Of a DNA stretch of 64,000 nucleotides, positions 60,002 through 64,000 are shown in pieces. The notes beneath the pieces were generated by a model. The model saw only the letters and a program-made list of their open reading frames with translations, had not been told where the DNA came from and made no database searches. A program made the position numbers and the translations under genes. Position 1 is the first letter of the stretch; the number at the start of each line of letters is the position of its first letter. The stretch covers positions 124,001-188,000 of the forward strand of contig OW569357.1 in the NCBI GenBank assembly GCA_937625935.1, given 5' to 3'. The DNA comes from Tetramitus jugosus. Its lineage: Eukaryota > Protista > Heterolobosea.

Positions 60002-60551
60002 TTACTCGAAAGAACGAACCAACTGAGCCAACGATTTCTCTAATCTTCCAGTCATAGAGAGGTCGTATGCAGTCTTTCCCTTATTGTTCTAGCATTTTGA
60101 TCGGCGCCTCTCTTGATCAAGTATTCAGCAACTTCCTGATTACCACTTCTGCTTGCAATCATTAAGGGAGTATTCGCCTATTATATACGTGTGAGTTTAA
60201 TGTAAAGTATAATGTAATACCTAGTACAAAAACAGATAACATACACCCATTGATCTTATGTTCACAGCGTCCGGAACATTCATCAGGCTCAAAACCAATT
60301 TTACAACCTCCACAGAATCATGTTTGTTCCCACTCGCAACGTGAACGGCATAGATAGGAAAATTCTGTTGATGGTTAATACAAACATACACTGACTAAAA
60401 GAAGAGATAGAGTACATACGACATTAGTAGTTAGACTTTCGTTGATATTGACGTTCTTTTGGAGCATCCTTTCAATTGTTGCTCGGTCACATTCGACCAG
60501 AGCATCAGCAAATTGTTCACAGAGGGGTTTGAAAAGGGATTGTCCAAGCAT
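60002..60551 (-). pseudogene. Small ankyrin-repeat gene (introns 60365-60419 and ~60178-60244) with an apparent 1-bp frameshift
   Basis: Spliced reading gives ANTPLMIASRSGNQEVAEYLIKRGADQNAR, and NNKGKTAYDL then continues in another frame. Confidence 0.55.
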
Positions 60552-61647
60552 GCTTAATTAGTAGAGGATAAGTGTATGTAGTAGTGTTCTTGTTTTGTAG
60601 ATGATAATGTTGTGGCAAAGAGTTTCTTTTATAACGTGCCCTCGATGTTTTTGTAATATAAAATTGTAAACTCTCCTGACTACGTGGCGTCCTTCATGAC
60701 GTCATCTCCTGCGAAATTCTATTTTACGGAACACCCTCATCTCCGACCTAGAAGATTCGACCTAAAGATCTCATAAAGGACACAAACTGCTGGATCATTG
60801 TTGAGGATACCATTGGAGTGATGAATTGATCTCTACACACATTTATCATCACTCACACATTGGCTATTGGCCTCATCCATAGTAGGAATTCTCATCATCG
60901 GCATATCGTACCGTTGTATAAAAATATCGGATGTTCGAATGAGGGAGCAATGTGGTTAATAAATCGATGAGAATACTTGTTCACTACCGGGAGCGCTTCC
61001 ATACTTGAAATTCCACCATTCCCAACTGACCAACATTGTAGCCCAAGAAAGAGATAATCCAAAAAGCATAGCGATGTTGACGCCAACAATTCAATGAACA
61101 ACATTTTCAACGACAATGAAACTTTGCAGGCTCTCCGTGTTCTGAGTCACCAGGCTGATGGTCGATACCATCAGAACGACATGATCCCTTAGAAAGGGTA
61201 ATCCATTATTCGTACTTGATTTGACATCAATGTCCGGTGATCATACCGAACATTGATGTTGGGATCTCAAAAGATTCCCTATTATTCTTCCACCTCCAAA
61301 CAAGGTTCCTTGAATTTGAAGCTGTGACCCATTCAAGATTTTGGCGGCAAAGAAATTCTGTCGAACGTTGGATCCAGATGCAGCTTTCGGGAGCATTGAA
61401 AAATCACACACCCCTCGTGTTCCTCAATCATCACACACACAGATACAAAAACACTCAACACACCTCCCTCATCAAACTCAATCCTCTCAGAAAGTCGATC
61501 GATCTCACCCGTGATTTTTCATTTCTCGTCGTTCGAATTTCTCTCTTCTTTTTCATCCACCACGCAACAACAACAACAAACGAACCAATACCCAAACAAC
61601 AACAACTAACCAAACAACCAACCAAACAACAACAACCAAAAAAAAAC

Positions 61648-63252
61648 ATGAACACTTTTGTAGAAGTTATCCAAAATGCCACTGATGAGACATGGATCAA
61701 GAACATGACCTCCAAGAAGGCTCCAAGTCAAAAGGTTGACATTCCTAGAGGCTATGGCAAGCAAGTCATTGAAGACCGTTGGGCTCTCCTATCCAACAAT
61801 GAACAATACAAGAATTATGTCAAGGCAAAGACCTCTGGTGACAACATTTCATTGGCAGAGGTGCAACTCGTTGAACCAAAATCAGTCATTCTTGATCATG
61901 AAACACTGGAGACGAATGAGATTTTCAAGGACAATGTTGAGAACTTTATTGGAACTGTCAAGGTGCCATTGGGTATTGCTGGTCCAGTGAGAATGAACGG
62001 TTTGCATGCCAATGGAGACTATTACATTCCATTGGCAACAACTGAGGCTGCTCTTGTTGCCAGTATCAGCAGAGGTATCAGTGTAATCAATCAATCTGGT
62101 GGTTGTACTGCTGCTGTCATTTTGGAAGGTGTCAACAGAGATCCATGCTTCCAATTCAACAATTTGGTTGAAGTCGGACAATTCTTGGCATGGACCGCCA
62201 CTCAATTTGACAATTATAAGCGTGCAGCAGAGAAGACGACTAGACACGGTAAGCTCTACGATATCAAGTACACGATCGAGGGAAGAGATGTTCACATGAA
62301 GTGTGTCTATACCTCTGGTGATGCCTCTGGTCAAAATATTGTCACCATTGCCACTGAGAATATTGTTGAGTACATTGTGGAGAATTCTCCAGTGAAGCCT
62401 GCTGCTCACTACTTGGAGGGTGGCATGTCTGGTGACAAGAAGGGAAATCACTCTGTCATGACCTATGTCAGAGGTAAGAAGGTGGTTGCTGAAGTTGTCA
62501 TTCCAGCCAACGTTGTTCAAACCACATTGCACGTTACTCCACAACAAATGATTCAGGCTTGTGGTGTCGGTCAGAGAGGTCTCATGATGGCTGGTTCCAT
62601 TGGTGGTTCTTGCCACTTTTCCAACGCAATCACTGCCATGTCGATTGCATTGGGTCAAGATCCAGCCTGTGCCGCCGAGTGCCACGTCGGTCTCGCTCGA
62701 TGTGAACTCACCAAGGAAGGCAACATTTATATGAGTGTTACTGTTCCAAATATTTTGGTTGGTACTGTCGGTGGTGGCACAAAGTTGCCTTCTCAGAGAT
62801 CTTGCTTGGAACTCATGGGTCTCTACGGTGCAAACAAGGCCAACGCTCTAGCAGAAGTTTTTGCTGCAGTGTTGATTGCCGGTGAGATTTCCCTGGGATC
62901 TGCTGTCGTTTCTGGTGACTTTGCCAAGGCACACAAAATTTTGGCCAGAGACACTAGCGAACCAATCAATCTGGAAGTCGATTCGATCGGAGAAGCTTTC
63001 CAAAAGGCTCAAGCCTTGTTGGTGAAGATGTCGAACTTGCCATCAAAGGACGACATTATGAAGATTTATGGCTTGTACAAGCAATCTACTGTGGGAGATG
63101 TCAACATTGAGAGACCAGGTCTCTTCTCGTTCGATATCAAAGCAAAGACCAAGTATGATGCATGGGCAGCAATGAAGGGAAAGACAAAGGAGCAAGCAAT
63201 GCGAGAGTACATTGATCTAGTGCTTGAGATTGCAGCAGGTGGAAAGAAGTAA
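61648..63252 (+). CDS. HMGR: Soluble class I HMG-CoA reductase fused to a C-terminal acyl-CoA-binding (ACBP) domain
   Basis: ENFIG, PLATTEAALVAS, SGDASGQN, GTVGGGT, catalytic His AHKIL; then IYGLYKQSTVGD...KAKTKYDAW..MKGKTKEQAMREYIDLV. Confidence 0.92.
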   Translation: MNTFVEVIQNATDETWIKNMTSKKAPSQKVDIPRGYGKQVIEDRWALLSNNEQYKNYVKAKTSGDNISLAEVQLVEPKSVILDHETLETNEIFKDNVENFIGTVKVPLGIAGPVRMNGLHANGDYYIPLATTEAALVASISRGISVINQSGGCTAAVILEGVNRDPCFQFNNLVEVGQFLAWTATQFDNYKRAAEKTTRHGKLYDIKYTIEGRDVHMKCVYTSGDASGQNIVTIATENIVEYIVENSPVKPAAHYLEGGMSGDKKGNHSVMTYVRGKKVVAEVVIPANVVQTTLHVTPQQMIQACGVGQRGLMMAGSIGGSCHFSNAITAMSIALGQDPACAAECHVGLARCELTKEGNIYMSVTVPNILVGTVGGGTKLPSQRSCLELMGLYGANKANALAEVFAAVLIAGEISLGSAVVSGDFAKAHKILARDTSEPINLEVDSIGEAFQKAQALLVKMSNLPSKDDIMKIYGLYKQSTVGDVNIERPGLFSFDIKAKTKYDAWAAMKGKTKEQAMREYIDLVLEIAAGGKK

Positions 63253-63514
63253 TTTCCGTTTTTCACCAATTTGTACCCAATTTGTATGCTGCTAGATATC
63301 GGGGTAGTGCTGAGAAGAAAACACTCACCACTCCCACATTCACATTCCATCACTTCTTCCTAGACGAGGCGATGACTCCATAAATAAAAACGAAACCTGT
63401 ACCATTCTACATGCCCCTTTGATTTGTTATGCAGTGCGGTCCTCATTTTTGGTTCGCCGTAATTGGTCGCCATAGCGACTTACAGTAAAACACAAACATT
63501 TTGCTCATCGTGTG

Positions 63515-64000
63515 ATGAAAGACCAGATGACGGATTCTGAGCAATTATCGAGTTGTAATCAAAATCTCCTTCAAAGGAGTGAGGACCACATTTCGGACAA
63601 TGTTAGTGTAGTTCTGGATTTGTCTGAGAAATTAATCAAGGAAGGAGGACTCAACATGATCAATGAGATAGTATGGGAAATGCAGAGTCAAGTGGAGAAG
63701 CTCAAGATCGATTACACTTCGCAAGAGCGAAAATTGACCCAATATGAGAGTATCATTCGAAAGCAACAAGCAATGATCGCCCAGCTAAAGAAGGAAAGTG
63801 TTTCTTTACCTCTAAAGATGACTGAGGATGAGAGGGAGCTTGGGGTAAAAGAAGTAATGAATACATCAGAAGTGACATCTCCTTCAACAACTCCAAGAGG
63901 CGAGAGACACACGCCAAGACCAGACGATCAAACAAACAAATTGAAACAGGAGATCTCAACCCTCGAGAAAAGATGTAAATTATTGGAGCGAGAGAATGCA
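63515..64000 (+). CDS. Coiled-coil protein, 3'-partial
   Basis: 162 open codons to the window end (MKDQMTDSEQ...LLERENA), heptad-rich. Confidence 0.55.
   Translation, partial: MKDQMTDSEQLSSCNQNLLQRSEDHISDNVSVVLDLSEKLIKEGGLNMINEIVWEMQSQVEKLKIDYTSQERKLTQYESIIRKQQAMIAQLKKESVSLPLKMTEDERELGVKEVMNTSEVTSPSTTPRGERHTPRPDDQTNKLKQEISTLEKRCKLLERENA

Overview
Gene-dense eukaryotic (protist-type) genomic DNA in the standard code, with short GT-AG introns (about 55-190 nt, donors mostly GTATGT) and CAA/low-complexity 5' regions. A CASC1/DNAI7 gene implies a flagellated stage. About 25 host genes are recognisable, including Sec61a, RFC4, ATM1/ABCB7, AFG1L, ERCC8, a Furry-like protein, FBXO21, a TTBK-like kinase, a selenocysteine thioredoxin reductase and an HMG-CoA reductase-ACBP fusion. 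The standout region is a mobile-element island at 37.8-46.6 kb. A tRNA-Trp(CCA) gene with a 4-bp anticodon stem has two tandem poly(A)-tailed insertions 30-44 bp upstream, delimited by three exact copies of a 15-bp target site. One insertion is a 5'-truncated LINE ORF2 (RT). The other is a separate ORF1-only (RRM + coiled-coil) element with a shared 3' terminal motif, suggesting a tRNA-gene-targeted, possibly bipartite non-LTR retrotransposon system. Next to these lies a nested inverted-repeat mosaic of LTR/DIRS-type RT and T5orf172/GIY-YIG fragments. All family calls are from motif recognition by eye; no searches were run.
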